A stretch of 64,000 nucleotides of DNA from an uncultured Gemmatimonadales bacterium (GCA_963793305.1 CAWBZV010000005.1:512001-576000); one strand, 5' to 3'. Positions 1 to 11,412 are shown, counted from the first letter of the stretch. Numbers and translations are program-made. The notes: generated by a model not told the origin, from the sequence alone.

Positions 1-82
1 TCGAACTTTGCGCCTTGATGGGTGCCAATGCCACGAGTGACACCGCGAGCCCGACGAGCGAGATGCCATCGCTCCGAATCAT
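1..82 (-). CDS. 5' end of a secreted protein (runs off the window)
   Basis: ATG at 82 with GGAGG upstream; reads MIRSDGISLVGLAVSLVALAPIKAQSS, a signal-peptide-like N-terminus. Confidence 0.65.
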   Translation of the reverse strand, partial: MIRSDGISLVGLAVSLVALAPIKAQSS

Positions 83-134
83 AGTTGCCTCCATCCATAG
101 GCATGTGCGGTCCAGCTGTCTGAGGCAACGCTCT

Positions 135-238
135 CGCGGCGAGTGACGCGATATCCGCGACCAACGGTACGCGTGCCGCCGGTGATTCCACGCGATTTCG
201 CCTGACCGCTCACCGCGCGGAACGCACCGCTTGTCGCG
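135..238. promoter_or_regulatory. Putative LytTR-type direct repeats (21-bp period), one pair on each strand
   Basis: + strand ACCGCTCACCGCG (205-217) and ACCGCTTGTCGCG (226-238); - strand ACCGTTGGTCGCG (168-156) and GTCACTCGCCGCG (147-135); a LytS/LytTR pair lies 1.2 kb away. Confidence 0.55.
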
Positions 239-278
239 ATGTTGTTGCCTGCGCTCCGGGAATCGCCAATCGTCGCCA

Positions 279-1382
279 ATGCCACTCTTGCCCCTGGTTC
301 TCGCAATCGCGGTCCAAGACTCCGTGGGCACGACTTGGACATATGACACGCCAGACGGGCGCGTGCGCATCGAAGTCGTGGCGACTGGCCTCGCGGCGCC
401 GGTCAGCCTCTCGTTTCTTCCCGACGGACGGCTCTTGATCGCCGACCGTCCGGTCGGCGTGCTCAGCGTGCTCGATCTGGCGACGCGGACGCGCATTCCG
501 ATCGACGGCGTGCCGCCGGTGCACGGCAAAGTCGACGGGGGATTGCTGGAGGTGCTCGTATCGCCGGACTACGCGCGCACCGGTTGGGTCTACTTCGCGT
601 CCGCGATCGAAGTGCCTGGCGGCAACACGACGGTGGTCGACCGCGCACATCTCATCGACGGTCACCTCGTCGGCCGCGAACGGTTGTTCATGGCGCAGCC
701 CATGATACCGAACAGCAACGAGTTCGGGGCGCGTCTGGTGTTCGACCATGGATTCTTGTACGTGTCGCTGGGCCAGCGCAACCTGCCCGAGCATGCACAG
801 AACCTGGGCTCCGATCTCGGCAAAATCATTCGGCTCTTGGACGACGGCCGCGTTCCGCGATCGAATCCGTTCGCTCGCACGCGTGGCGCCCTGCCGGAGA
901 TCTGGAGCTACGGCCACCGAAATCCCGTTGGTCTGGCGTTCGACCCGGCGACCGGCACGCTGTGGGAGCACGAGCACGGCCCGCAAGGGGGCGACGAGAT
1001 CAACATCGTCCGGCGTGGCCGCAACTACGGTTGGCCAGTGATCACGTACGGCGTCGAATACGGCGGCAAGCCGGTCGGCCAGGGTCTGACGCATCACGCG
1101 GGGATGGAACAGCCCGTGTTCTACTTCAATCCCGACATTGCACCGAGCGGCCTAATGTTCTATACGGGCGACCGGTTTCCGCACTGGAAGGGGAGCATGT
1201 TCATCGGCGCTCTCGTTGGCCGATGCCTCGATCGGCTGGTCGTCGAGAACGGGCGCGTGATGCACGAGGAGCGACTGTTCGAGGATCGTCACTGGAAGGT
1301 CCGCGCGGTGCAGCAGGGGCCGGACGGGGCCATCTACGTGGGCGTGGACGGCGGCATGGTCCTTCGCCTCACGCCCGATTGA
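279..1382 (+). CDS. PQQ-dependent sugar dehydrogenase (soluble aldose dehydrogenase, YliI/GSDH family)
   Basis: Motifs EIWSYGHRNPVG, EHGPQGGDEINI, NYGWP, IAPSGL; signal peptide. Confidence 0.9.
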   Translation: MPLLPLVLAIAVQDSVGTTWTYDTPDGRVRIEVVATGLAAPVSLSFLPDGRLLIADRPVGVLSVLDLATRTRIPIDGVPPVHGKVDGGLLEVLVSPDYARTGWVYFASAIEVPGGNTTVVDRAHLIDGHLVGRERLFMAQPMIPNSNEFGARLVFDHGFLYVSLGQRNLPEHAQNLGSDLGKIIRLLDDGRVPRSNPFARTRGALPEIWSYGHRNPVGLAFDPATGTLWEHEHGPQGGDEINIVRRGRNYGWPVITYGVEYGGKPVGQGLTHHAGMEQPVFYFNPDIAPSGLMFYTGDRFPHWKGSMFIGALVGRCLDRLVVENGRVMHEERLFEDRHWKVRAVQQGPDGAIYVGVDGGMVLRLTPD

Positions 1383-1438
1383 TGGTGAACCGCCCAAGGG
1401 GCTTGCGCGGCGCGAGGCGATGCCACATGGTCTCGCGC

Positions 1439-2314
1439 ATGAAGGCGTACGGGAAAGGGTTCTGGCTTTTCCAGGCCGCCGGATGGACGGCGTTCGCCGG
1501 TGCCTTGCTGCTGCCGTGGCTGGGATCGTATCCCATTGGTCCGATGCTCGCCCGCAAGATTCCCATCGCGTGTGTCGGGCTATTGACGACGCTCGGTCTT
1601 CGAGGGTTGTACGGGGCTGTGAGACGCCGAAGTAAGCCGGCCTGGGTCGTGGGCGCGGCAGCGATCGCCGGGTCGGCCGCCGGCGCGTGGGTCTGGGCGG
1701 CTGTCGTTGAGCGCCTCGAGCCGGAGACCTTGATTCGTGCATCGCTCGATCGCGTTCCGGGAACCGCATACTATGCGTTCGTGCTCGCCGGGTGGAGTGC
1801 GCTGTACTTCGGCCTCATGCACGTGCGCGCGCTCGCCGTCGAGCGCGCACGCAGCCTGCATGCCGAGGCGATGGCGAGCCGCGCGCGACTGCAGGCGCTT
1901 CGCTATCAGCTCGACCCGCACTTCCTGTTCAATACCCTGAACGCGATCTCGACGCTGGTCGTCGAGCAACGCACGGAGGAGGCGGAGCGGATGATCGCCC
2001 GTCTCGGGGAGTTCCTGCGCCTCACCCTCGAGGGCGGCCAGGCCGACGAGATTCCGCTTGGCGAGGAGCTGGAGTTCGTCAGGCGCTACCTCGAAATAGA
2101 GACGGTGCGATTCTCGGATCGGCTCGCGGTCGAGATTGACGTCGAGCCAGCGGCGCTCGGCGCCCGGGTGCCGGCGATGATTTTGCAGCCGATCGTCGAG
2201 AATGCACTCCAGCACGCGGACGGGCGCATCACCGTCACGGCGCGGCGTCAGGACCGTATGCTGCAGGTGTCGGTTACGGATAACGGGCCGGGATCCGCGC
2301 GCGACTGGCGTTGA
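1439..2314 (+). pseudogene. LytS/YehU-family sensor histidine kinase, C-terminus truncated after DNGPG
   Basis: LRYQLDPHFLFNTLN, EELEFVRRYLEIE and LQPIVENA motifs; ends 6 aa after DNGPG with no GxGLxN box. Confidence 0.8.
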
Positions 2315-2946
2315 TGGCGGACGTGTCGGTCGTTGGCGAATGTGAAGACGGACGACAGGCGGTCGATGCCATTCGACGACTGGAGCCGGCGCTCGTGTTC
2401 CTCGACGTGCGGATGCCGGACATGAGTGGCTTCGACGTCATTGAGCGTGTCGGCGCGGGGCGAATGCCGGTGGTGATCTTCGTCACGGCCTACGATGTCC
2501 ATGCGATTCGGGCGTTCGAGGTCGAGGCGCTCGATTACGTGCTCAAGCCGATCGACAGCGGGCGTCTGGCGCACGCCGTCGCGCGTGCCCGGCGCCGCCT
2601 CGGGAGTGACCGCCAGGCGCGGCTCGCGGTTCGTGATCGCGGGCGGATGGTGCTGCTGGACCCGAACGACGTGACGCGCCTCGAGGCGGATGGCGACTAC
2701 GTCCGCGTCTATGCGGAGGGGGCGACCTACCTCGTGCGGGAGACCCTCACGGGGATGGAAGCGCGGCTCGATGGGGCGCGGTTCGTGCGTGTGCACCGCT
2801 CCACGATCGTACAGTTGCGGTACGTGAGACAGTTGCGGCGGCAGCATGATGCTCGGTTCGTCGTGACGCTCGCCGACGGTACGCGCGTCAGAACGAGTCG
2901 GCGGTACCGCCATCGCCTGCAGGCCCTCATCGAATCGCTCGCCTGA
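2284..2946 (+). pseudogene. LytTR-family response regulator lacking its N-terminal acidic (DDE) segment
   Basis: Frame reads RAGIRARLALMADVSVVGEC...FLDVRMP...FVTAYD...LDYVLKP...FVRVHRS; in-frame stop at 2281-2283. Confidence 0.8.
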
Positions 2947-2989
2947 CGATGATCGCCGAATAGACCCCCGGAGCCGCGACAGCGCGTGA

Positions 2990-4085
2990 TCACCGCAAGC
3001 TGATCTCTTGGTAGACGAGGCCAACCAGCGCTTCCGCCATATTGTCAAATTCCTTCGAGAGATCCTTGTCATTTCCGGCAAATCGTTGCCGGAACGGCGT
3101 GAGATCCACGCTTCCCTTGACCTCGTCGAAGTTGGCGAACTTGCCGTGGCCGGATTTCCCTAGCGCGTCGTTCATTTGATCCACCGCGCTCTTCATGAAA
3201 TCTCTGATCAGGTAGATGTGCGTCCTGTCGTGCAGCACCGGTCCGTGACCCGGCACGAACGCGGTCGCATCCAGCTGGGCGAGCTTGTCGAGCGTTTGGA
3301 TCCACTCGCCGGGATAGCCGTCGTACATGGAGGTCAGCGGATACCCCACGAGATCGCCCGTCATCACGATGCGTTCTTTGGGGAGATAGGCCACGGCGTC
3401 ACCCGCCGTGTTGCCGCGTCCCAGGAACTTGACCTGGACCTCTCGATTGCCCAAGTCAATGCTGAAATCGTGATCAAAGGCGAGCGTGGCGCTCTGGAAC
3501 CGGGTCTTCGCGATCTCCGCCATAATCGGTACGCGTTGGGCGAGATAATTCTTGATCTCTGTCTTCCGGGCGTCCGTCAAGGGCTTGCCGTCGAAACCCT
3601 TTCCGCTGTCCAGCCGTTGTTGATACTCGGCGTTGGACTGTTTCTCACGCAACTCCGACGTCGGCCCGTAGCGGTCCATGTCTTTCTTCGCTTCCACCGT
3701 GGCGATGAAGGTCGTCGCGGGAAAGGCATCCATGTAAGCGCGGTTCGCGAAGTTGTGGTCGTTGTGGAAGTGCGTCGTCAGCACGAAGCTGACCGGCTTG
3801 TCCGTCCACTGGCGGATTTGGGCGATGTCTTCCCGGGCATCCGAGGGCATAAATCCGGCATCGACCACGAAGACCTGCCGGTCGCCGATGATCACCGTCG
3901 TGTTACTGCTCCCGACGCCAAGCTGCTCGATCTTTGTGCTGGATCTCATAGACGCCGTCGGCGAGCTTCGTCACTTTCCGTTCCGCTTGGCCGGACAGCG
4001 GCTGCGCCGCCGCGCCGAGTCCGAGCGCCATCATACACAGGTATGGGCGGAGCGAATTGCCGAGCGAATTGCCGCGAAACGCCAT
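2990..4085 (-). CDS. Secreted MBL-fold metallo-hydrolase (cyclase-like); +1 frameshift at ~3929
   Basis: THFHNDH, GRGNTAGD and VPGHG motifs; the paralog at 58.5-59 kb lacks the extra G and is in frame at that site. Confidence 0.85.
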
Positions 4086-4165
4086 TGGGTCTCCGGAAGC
4101 GGATGGCAGGGTGTGGAGCGGTTGAGCCCACTGCAGTAGCTACGCTAGGGGGGGCGAGCGTCCGT

Positions 4166-4183
4166 GTATTGAACGATCCCAAT
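4166..4183 (-). promoter_or_regulatory. 18-bp repeated promoter motif, copy 1 (ATTGGGATCGTTCAATAC)
   Basis: 18-bp spacer then TAGCGT; points at the MBL gene. Confidence 0.65.
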
Positions 4184-4259
4184 GCGATGGTCGAACGAAC
4201 CGGCACGAAATAGTCGGTCCGTGCACAGACAGTCGTGGCCGGCCGAAGCCGGAGAACAG

Positions 4260-4277
4260 GTTGCATTCATCCAAGAC
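4260..4277 (+). promoter_or_regulatory. Motif copy 2 (GTTGCATTCATCCAAGAC)
   Basis: 19-bp spacer then CAACGT, followed by GGAG and a small ORF. Confidence 0.6.
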
Positions 4278-4314
4278 GGCTTGGTTTGTGGAAGTCCAAC
4301 GTGGAGATGACCAC

Positions 4315-4449
4315 GTGTCGGCCCATCGTGGTACCAGCCTAACCACACGAGCCATCGGCTCAGGACATTGCGCCCGCTGCGGCCGCCCGCCGGGCGGGAA
4401 GCCAAGATGCCAGTACCGCAACGGACGTTGCGGCCTTGGTGGCGCCTGA
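4315..4449 (+). CDS. Putative 44-aa Cys-rich small protein
   Basis: GGAG RBS, GTG start, CARC-x10-C-x6-C; lies directly behind motif copy 2. Confidence 0.3.
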   Translation: MSAHRGTSLTTRAIGSGHCARCGRPPGGKPRCQYRNGRCGLGGA

Positions 4450-4500
4450 GTGGCCCTACGGTTGCTTCGGCCAGTGTGAACACGAGGTGTCCGGCGGCGT

Positions 4501-4518
4501 GCCTTGAACGATCCGCAC
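4501..4518 (-). promoter_or_regulatory. Motif copy 3, degenerate (GTGCGGATCGTTCAAGGC)
   Basis: Core CGTTCAAG present; no clear -10 or target gene. Confidence 0.35.
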
Positions 4519-4772
4519 ATTGCGCCGTGTTCGCGGCTGGTCTGCGGCCATTGATCGTTTGCGATGGGCTGATCACCAATCGTGAGACGTACACTACCGT
4601 CCCCGGTCCGACGCACACCCCGATCCATCCATGGTCTCGCTGCGTGGGGGAGTGACGCGGATTGCAACCTGAAGTAGCGCCTCGTCGGCGTCGCACGCCT
4701 CGGGGCGCAGGCTCCAACGCGCCCTGGCCGTCGTGAGAAACCAAGCGGAGGGGGCGTGTTGTCCTACGATGC

Positions 4773-5778
4773 GTGACGCGTATACTCGCACTCGTCGTGC
4801 TCGCGTGCCCGGCCTTCGCCCAGGCGCCGGCATCGACTCATGATCCGAATGCCGCCCGGTTCATATCGGGGGACATCGCCCGCTTCTGGCACGTCTTCGA
4901 TGGCGTGCCACACGACAGCGCTTCGCTCGCCAAGTCCGGGGCCGTCTTCCAGCGCGACTACATCGACAGCGGAAGCAGTGGCGTCCACGACTTCGTCGAT
5001 CGAACGTCTCAGGAGTGGCGATCACTTGGCGGGCGTGGTGGCGGCGCACGCCCGATATTACGCGGCGATTCGGCGGAATACGCTGGCGGTCGACACGGCC
5101 ACGAGGGTCAAGGAGACGATTCGCCGAAGTTTCCGCCGATTGGCCGCACTCTGTCCCGAGGCCGTATTCCCGGACGTTTACTTCCTGATCGGGGCAATGA
5201 GTTCGGCCGGCACCGTGTCACCGCACGGTCTGCTCATCGGTGTCGAGATGAATGCGCGCGACAATGCGACGCCGATCGAGGAGCTGGACGCGTGGCATCG
5301 CGCGGTCATTGGCCGGATCGCGGATCTGCCATCGATCGTCGCCCACGAGCTGATTCACATCGAGCAGCCGCCGATGGACTCGGAGCCGACGGTCCTCGAC
5401 GTAGCGCTCCACGAGGGCGGCGCGGACTTCGTCGGCGAGCTTATCTCTGGTGGGTTGATCAATCGCGTCCAGCACGCGTACGGGGATGCCCACGCAGCCG
5501 AACTGTGGGCGGAGTTCAGTCGGGCGCGTGATACGCAGCAGCTGGCCGATTGGTTCTATCAGGGCGACAAGGCGAAGGATCGTCCGGCCGATCTCGGGTA
5601 CTATGAGGGATACAAGATCGCGGAGGCGTTCTATCGCCGAGCGCCGGATAAGGCGGTGGCGGTCTGTCGGATCATGCGCGGGACAAACGCGCGCGAGCTG
5701 CTCCGCCAGAGCGGCTATAGCGTGCCGCCGCGCTCACACGCAACCGATCCTGGGGGCGGTGTGTCTCACGAGCCGTGA
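4773..5778 (+). CDS. Secreted DUF2268-like putative Zn-dependent protease; +1 frameshift at ~4998
   Basis: Signal peptide; AHELIH, EGGADF and DLGYYEGY motifs. Confidence 0.75.
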
Positions 5779-5875
5779 CCGAGACTCGCACCGCGCAGGC
5801 TGCGGCCGACCGGGAGGTTGATCTCGTCACGGACTCTATCTGCCGCTCGTTTGGATGACCGGCTTCGGATCGCGG

Positions 5876-8266
5876 TCACTCCTCCCGCATCGTGCGCGCT
5901 GGGTCTATCCGGGTCGCGCGGCGGATCGGTGTCAGCGAGGCCACGCCGGCCACCGCGACGACCACGCTCGCGGCGATCCCGAATGCGAGCGGGTCGCGCG
6001 GATCTACGCCGGTCGCGAGATGCGCGACGAACCGCGATAGTGTGAGTGCGGCCGGCAAGCCGATCGCCAGGCCGAGGCCGGTGAGCACGCCGCCGTGGCC
6101 GGCGATCAGGCGACGGATGTCGCGTCGCGTAGCGCCGAGGGCGATGCGCACGCCGATCTCGCGCGTGCGCTGGCCGACCATGAAGCTGACGACGCCATAG
6201 AGGCCGATGCCGCAGAGGGCCAACGCGACCACCCCGAAACCCACGAACAGCATCGTCGTGATCCGCGACGTGACGGTGTGCTGTTCGACGAGGGTGGCGA
6301 CCGTCGTGATCTGCGCCAGCGGCACGAGCGGGTCGACACCCGTCACCGCCGTGCGAACTGTCGGCAGGACCGCCAGTGGGTTGCCTCGGGTTCGGACGAG
6401 GAGCCACTTTGGTTCACCCGACGACGAGGCATCATACATCTGCTCAGGGAATCGCACGCCGGCCTCCGGCAGTGCGACATCCGCGGTGACACCGACGATC
6501 GTCCACCACGGGCCGATGCTCGCCATGCGCAGGCGGTGTCCGAGCGCGCTCTCCTGTGGCCAATACCGGTGCGCCATGCGGGCGTTGATCACGATCTCGT
6601 TGTTCGACGATGCCGTGTACGTCCGTCCTTCGAGGATCGGTAACTCGAGGACCGCGAAAATGCTGGGATCGGCGCTCATCTTCGACATGAATGGCGGCTG
6701 CTCGTTGGGCGCGAGTGACCGTCCGTCGATGGTGAGCGCGCCAAGGATTGCACCCGTGGTTGGTGGCGCCACCTCGGCGATGGCGGCGGCGGTGACCCGC
6801 GGGGAGCGGCGGATCACCTGCACCATCCGGGTCATCGCATCCGTGCGATCGACCGGATTCGCGTAGCGCGCGCCGGCGAATACGAGGCGCACGGCGAGAA
6901 TGTCGCGCGGTTCGTAGCCGAGGCGTTCACGGCTCAGGTGGATGACATGTCGGACGAGCACGCCGGCAGAGATGAGCAGCGTAACCGACATCGCGATCTG
7001 ACTCACGACGAGCGCGTCGCGCAGCAGTCCGCTCCGGCGGCGCCCCGGCGTGATGCCACCGCCTGATCGGAGCGTTCCGGCCACGGCATGCGTCGTCGAT
7101 CGCAACGCGGGCAGCAATCCACTGAGCAGGCCAGTCAGGAGCGAGATCCCAATGCTGAAGGACAGCAGCCAGGCGTTCGGGGAGAGCGGGCCCAGGAACG
7201 AACGCAGGTTGACGTCGCCGGGCGCCGTCGTCCAGCTGATGGTCACGAGCTCGATGATCCAGGCTGCGATGGCGATGCCGAGCACGCCGCCGGTCACGGC
7301 CAGGAGGCCGCTCTCGACGAGGTGCTGCTGTATGAGTCGGCGACGGCTGGCACCCAGTGCGCTGCGCAGTGCGATCTCCCTCCGCCGCTCGATGCCGCGG
7401 GCGAGCAGCAGGTTGGCCACGTTGGCGCAAGCGATCAATAGAACGAGGCCCACCGCGGCGGCGCACACGAACAGGGTGTCGCCGGCGTACAGCCGGACGA
7501 ACTCCGCGGGACGTTGCAGCAACGGCACCATGGTACCGAGTGACACGCGCACCGCCGACTGGGGCGTTGCCGCCGCCAGATCAGAGGTCGCGGCCTTGAG
7601 CGTGACGCCGCGACGCAGCCGTCCAATCGCGGCCGCCATCTCGACGGTGTCACGCACCGATGCCGGCAGATACACGCTCCATCCTCCGATGGTCGCGTGC
7701 GCGATATCGAGCTCGGGCGGCGCCACCCCGATCACCGTCCGGCTCGATCCGTCGAGCGTGAGGCTTTTGCCGATCGCCGAACGAGGCTCGCCGAAGTGAT
7801 TGATCGCGAAGGTCGAGCTCACGATCGCCACCGGGCCGGCGCCGGCGGCGGCGTCCGCATCGGTGAAGCTCCGCCCCAGCGTGGGCGGCGTGCGGAGCAC
7901 CGCAAACAGGCCGGGCGTGATGCGTATGCCCGGAATCACTTCGGGCGTGCCGGCCCCCGTCAGCGTCAACTCCTGTTCCCGATACGCCTCCAACGCCTCG
8001 AACGTGCGCGCCGAGCGGCGCCAGGCATCGAGCGTGGCATTGGACGCCGACAGTTGGAAGGTATGGGTGTCATTGGTCATCGACACGAACACGAGGCCAC
8101 GGGTGTCGAACGGCACCGGATGCACGAGCGTCTGCTCCAGCAGCGAGAAGATCGCGGTGTTGGCTCCGATGCCGAGCGCCAGCGTGAGGATCGCGGTGGC
8201 CGCGAAGATGGGTCGCGCGCGCAGCGCCCGTACGGCGTATTGGATATCCAGGCCGAGCTGAGACAT
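5876..8266 (-). CDS. ADOP-family duplicated ABC permease (MacB/FtsX-type)
   Basis: TLALGIGANTAIFS, LLIACANVANLLL and REIGVRIALGA motifs. Confidence 0.92.
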   Translation of the reverse strand: MSQLGLDIQYAVRALRARPIFAATAILTLALGIGANTAIFSLLEQTLVHPVPFDTRGLVFVSMTNDTHTFQLSASNATLDAWRRSARTFEALEAYREQELTLTGAGTPEVIPGIRITPGLFAVLRTPPTLGRSFTDADAAAGAGPVAIVSSTFAINHFGEPRSAIGKSLTLDGSSRTVIGVAPPELDIAHATIGGWSVYLPASVRDTVEMAAAIGRLRRGVTLKAATSDLAAATPQSAVRVSLGTMVPLLQRPAEFVRLYAGDTLFVCAAAVGLVLLIACANVANLLLARGIERRREIALRSALGASRRRLIQQHLVESGLLAVTGGVLGIAIAAWIIELVTISWTTAPGDVNLRSFLGPLSPNAWLLSFSIGISLLTGLLSGLLPALRSTTHAVAGTLRSGGGITPGRRRSGLLRDALVVSQIAMSVTLLISAGVLVRHVIHLSRERLGYEPRDILAVRLVFAGARYANPVDRTDAMTRMVQVIRRSPRVTAAAIAEVAPPTTGAILGALTIDGRSLAPNEQPPFMSKMSADPSIFAVLELPILEGRTYTASSNNEIVINARMAHRYWPQESALGHRLRMASIGPWWTIVGVTADVALPEAGVRFPEQMYDASSSGEPKWLLVRTRGNPLAVLPTVRTAVTGVDPLVPLAQITTVATLVEQHTVTSRITTMLFVGFGVVALALCGIGLYGVVSFMVGQRTREIGVRIALGATRRDIRRLIAGHGGVLTGLGLAIGLPAALTLSRFVAHLATGVDPRDPLAFGIAASVVVAVAGVASLTPIRRATRIDPARTMREE

Positions 8267-8417
8267 GGCCTGTTCGATGGTAAGATCCATACCAGCGATC
8301 GGCCCATGTCAACTACGTGGTGCATCGGCGCTTTCGTCTGGTGCGAGGCGGTCGTGGTGTTCGCCGGCGGGACCGCCTGCTCGATTACGAGACCAGTGGA
8401 TCGCGTGAAGAGGCAGT

Positions 8418-8435
8418 GTCTTGAACGAATGCAAC
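8418..8435 (-). promoter_or_regulatory. Motif copy 4 (GTTGCATTCGTTCAAGAC)
   Basis: Consensus match; intergenic; points toward the ADOP gene. Confidence 0.7.
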
Positions 8436-8532
8436 GCGTCCTTGGTGACGCGGGTGACGATCACTCCCTCTACACCCATCCGGCCGGCCTTGGTGGCGCG
8501 TGACCATCTGGCGGTGGATTCCGTCGCCGCGT

Positions 8533-8955
8533 TCATACCGTGCCCAGGGCTTGCACGCGGGAGTGATCCCCTGTCGGCACAATGCCGGCGGTTTCGATCA
8601 TGAGGATCACCGAGCGTTCTGGCGCTCGGGTGCGGTGGCGGATGCCTTTCGGCACCACGAACCCCTCGCGTGGGCGCAGCGACACGACACGGCCGGGCGT
8701 GGTGCCGTCGGCCTGCGGTTCGAGATCGATCAGGAAGAGACCCTCGAGGACGAAGAAGAACTCGTCGTCCTGGGCGTGCTCGTGCCAGTGGTACTCGCCC
8801 TGCATGACGCCGAGTCGGACGACGGACTCGTTGACGCGGGCCAGGGTTTGATTGTACCAGGCGTCGCGGACCGACGCGACGAGCGGGTCGAGGGCGATCG
8901 TCTCCAGGGGATTGAAGAGGACGTTGAGATGCGTCGCGTAGGGGAACTCTGGCAC
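8533..8955 (-). CDS. Cupin domain protein
   Basis: GEYHWHEHAQDDEFFFVLEG and FVVPKGIRHRTRA. Confidence 0.9.
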   Translation of the reverse strand: MPEFPYATHLNVLFNPLETIALDPLVASVRDAWYNQTLARVNESVVRLGVMQGEYHWHEHAQDDEFFFVLEGLFLIDLEPQADGTTPGRVVSLRPREGFVVPKGIRHRTRAPERSVILMIETAGIVPTGDHSRVQALGTV

Positions 8956-8958
8956 GCG

Positions 8959-10314
8959 TTACCTCCGGGCGATGCGGAGCATGGCGGCGATCGATTGCTC
9001 GACGTCGGCATCGGTCGTGGCCCAACAAATCACACTGACGCGCATGGCGGTTTTGCCTTGCCACACCGTCGGGCCGCACCAGCAGGTCCCGTCGGCTTGA
9101 ATGGCCGAGACGATCTCGCGCGTGCGCTGGGCGTCCCCGAACGACACGAGGACTTGGTTGAGCACGACCTCGTTCAACACCTCGAAGCCAGCGGCGCTGA
9201 AGGCGTCGGCGAAACGCCTCGCCTGCCGGCAGTGTCGCTCGACCATCTCGGCGAGGCCGGAGCGACCGAGCGTGCGCAGCGCGGCCCAGGCATCGACACC
9301 GCGGGGCCGTCGTGAGACTTCGGGCGTGTACTCTGATGGGTTGGCGTCGTCGCTCGGGAGATAGTCGGCACGGATCGTCATCGACCGACGCAGCGCGTCG
9401 CCATCTCGCACGATCACCACACCGCAATCGTATGGCACGTTGAGCCACTTGTGCGCGTCGGTTGCCCCACGAGTCGGCGAGCTCGACGCCATCGGCCAGG
9501 TGTGCGCGCGCTGGCGCGACGCGAGCCCAGATGCCGAAAGCGCTGTCGACGTGGATCCATACCGGGACGTTCGAACCCACGGACGTGGTCGGCGATGTTC
9601 CGAAACGGATCGAACGCGCCGGTGTTCACGTTTCCGGCTTGCACGCATACGATCGTGGGCGTGGTGAGGCGGGGAATGGCCTCGGCTCGCATGCGGCCCT
9701 GCGCGTCCACGGGAACTGTGCTGACGCGCGTGCGGCCCAGGCCGACGACGCCGAGCGCCTTGAACAGGGTGGAGTGGGCTTCGCCGCCCACGACGACCGT
9801 CAGCGGTGGGGCGCCGAATAATCCATCGGCGCGCGCGTTCCAGCCTACCTGTTGGAGCAGCGTGTCGCGGGCGGTGGCGAGGGACGTGATGTGGCCGGCG
9901 GTGGTCCCGGTGACGAACGAGCCGCCGGAGGTTGGGGGGAGTCCCAGCAGGGCGATTGTCCAACGCAAGGCGATCTGCTCGAGGCGTGTGCTGCCCGGCG
10001 AGCCGACTTGGAAGGCACCGTGCTGTTCCCACACGGTCGATAGCCAATTTGTGGCAAGGGCTGCCGGAAGCGCGCCGCCGTTGACGAAACCGAAGTAGCG
10101 AGGTCCGGCGATCGCCACCGTTGCGGGAGAGGCATAACGATCGAGCTCTTCGACGATTGATTCGGGGGATCGGGGCTCATCCTGGAGCGGGACGTTCGAG
10201 CGCATCCAAGCCCGCGAGCGCCTCCGGCGTGGGTGCCACGGCGCGCTCGCCGAGCATTCCGAGGAAGCGCCGGGAGCGCTCCGCCACGTCGGCCAGTACG
10301 TGCCAGTTCGTCAT
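8959..10314 (-). CDS. PLP-dependent (group II) amino-acid decarboxylase; three +1 frameshifts (~10196, ~9576, ~9465)
   Basis: GPRYFGFV, QAGNVNTGAFDP, WIHVDSAFG and DSWATDAHKWLNVPYDCG when the frames are joined. Confidence 0.85.
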
Positions 10315-10478
10315 GCGGTATTATGGAGCGGCACGAGCGTGAATGGCGAGTGAATTTCGGGCCATGTGCGCCATGCGATGCGGTCTATAGGATGCGACAT
10401 GCGCCACAGGGTCGGGGCCCACGACCGTTACTCCGAACGCATGGCTCAGGTTCCGTTCCGGATCAGCGCCATCCTCGG

Positions 10479-11412
10479 CTATCCGGTGTTCGAGGCGCTC
10501 GGCCGCCTCGCCATGGCGTACACGGCGCGACCGTTCCCGATGAGGATGCCATCGACGAAGTACGCGGTACAGTCGCCATAGGACATGAGCGTGCTGGGAC
10601 CCCGATCCGGGTACACGCGCAGCACGTTGTTGTGATCCAGCCGTACCTGCACTCCGGGGATGCCTCGGAACAACTGCGGGGTGTCGCTGTCGTGCCGGTT
10701 CGCGATGTCGTCGGCGGTCATGAAGTGCCCGTGCCCGATCTCCTTGCGTGTGGTGAAGCCGATGGCGTTATACACGGGCGCCATGCGGATGCGATCGGCG
10801 ACGACATTCACCGCGGGCAGCGTCGTGGGTGCACGCTGCATCGTCACGTTCAGCGAACGCGGCTCCTTCGCCGAGAGGTCGACGGGAATAACGGCCGCGC
10901 CGAGTCCGATGCGGCGAACCACGAGCACTTGCGTGCCGGCAGGGGCGCGGAGGCCGAAGCTGCCGTCACTCGACGTCGGAATCTCCAGGTGGCCGCCGAG
11001 GATCGTCACCGTCGCGCTGCCGACCGGCGTGCCCGCATCCGATACGACGCGGCCCGTAACGGTCGCGCTGCCAGTGTCGCCCTCGACAGCGTAGACGCAG
11101 ATCGGCCAGCGTGCTGTCGGCGCTCGGCGTCACGATCGAGAGATAGGCAGTCGTCGCTCCCCGCACCGCTTCGAGCAGTGCGGATGAGGCGCGTTTGAGG
11201 CAGAGCCGGTAGTGTCCGGTCGAATCGCTCGTGATGTGGCTCGTGGTCTGGACTCGGTCTTGGTGCATCGCGGACCAGGCAGCCGAGATCGCGGCGCCAG
11301 CGACCGGTTGATTGGACGCGGCATTGACGACACGTCCCGTGACGCAGACCTGGCCCCAGCCGAGGCTGGGAATCACGATGAGCTCAACGGTTAACGCGCG
11401 AGTCCATTTCAT
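10479..11412 (-). CDS. Carboxypeptidase regulatory-like domain protein with plug-like region; +1 frameshift at ~11091; possibly C-terminally truncated
   Basis: Signal peptide, two GRVV...GA prealbumin-like repeats, VRRIG, G-H-F-MT-ADDI and RGIPGV. Confidence 0.6.

Noticed and set aside
4090..4200. Possible tRNA next to the MBL gene
   Set aside because: No cloverleaf or T-arm; explained by the leader and motif copy 1
10325..10375. ATGG/CCAT repeats resembling a MocR/GabR operator before the PLP decarboxylase
   Set aside because: Too short and degenerate; no MocR gene in the window
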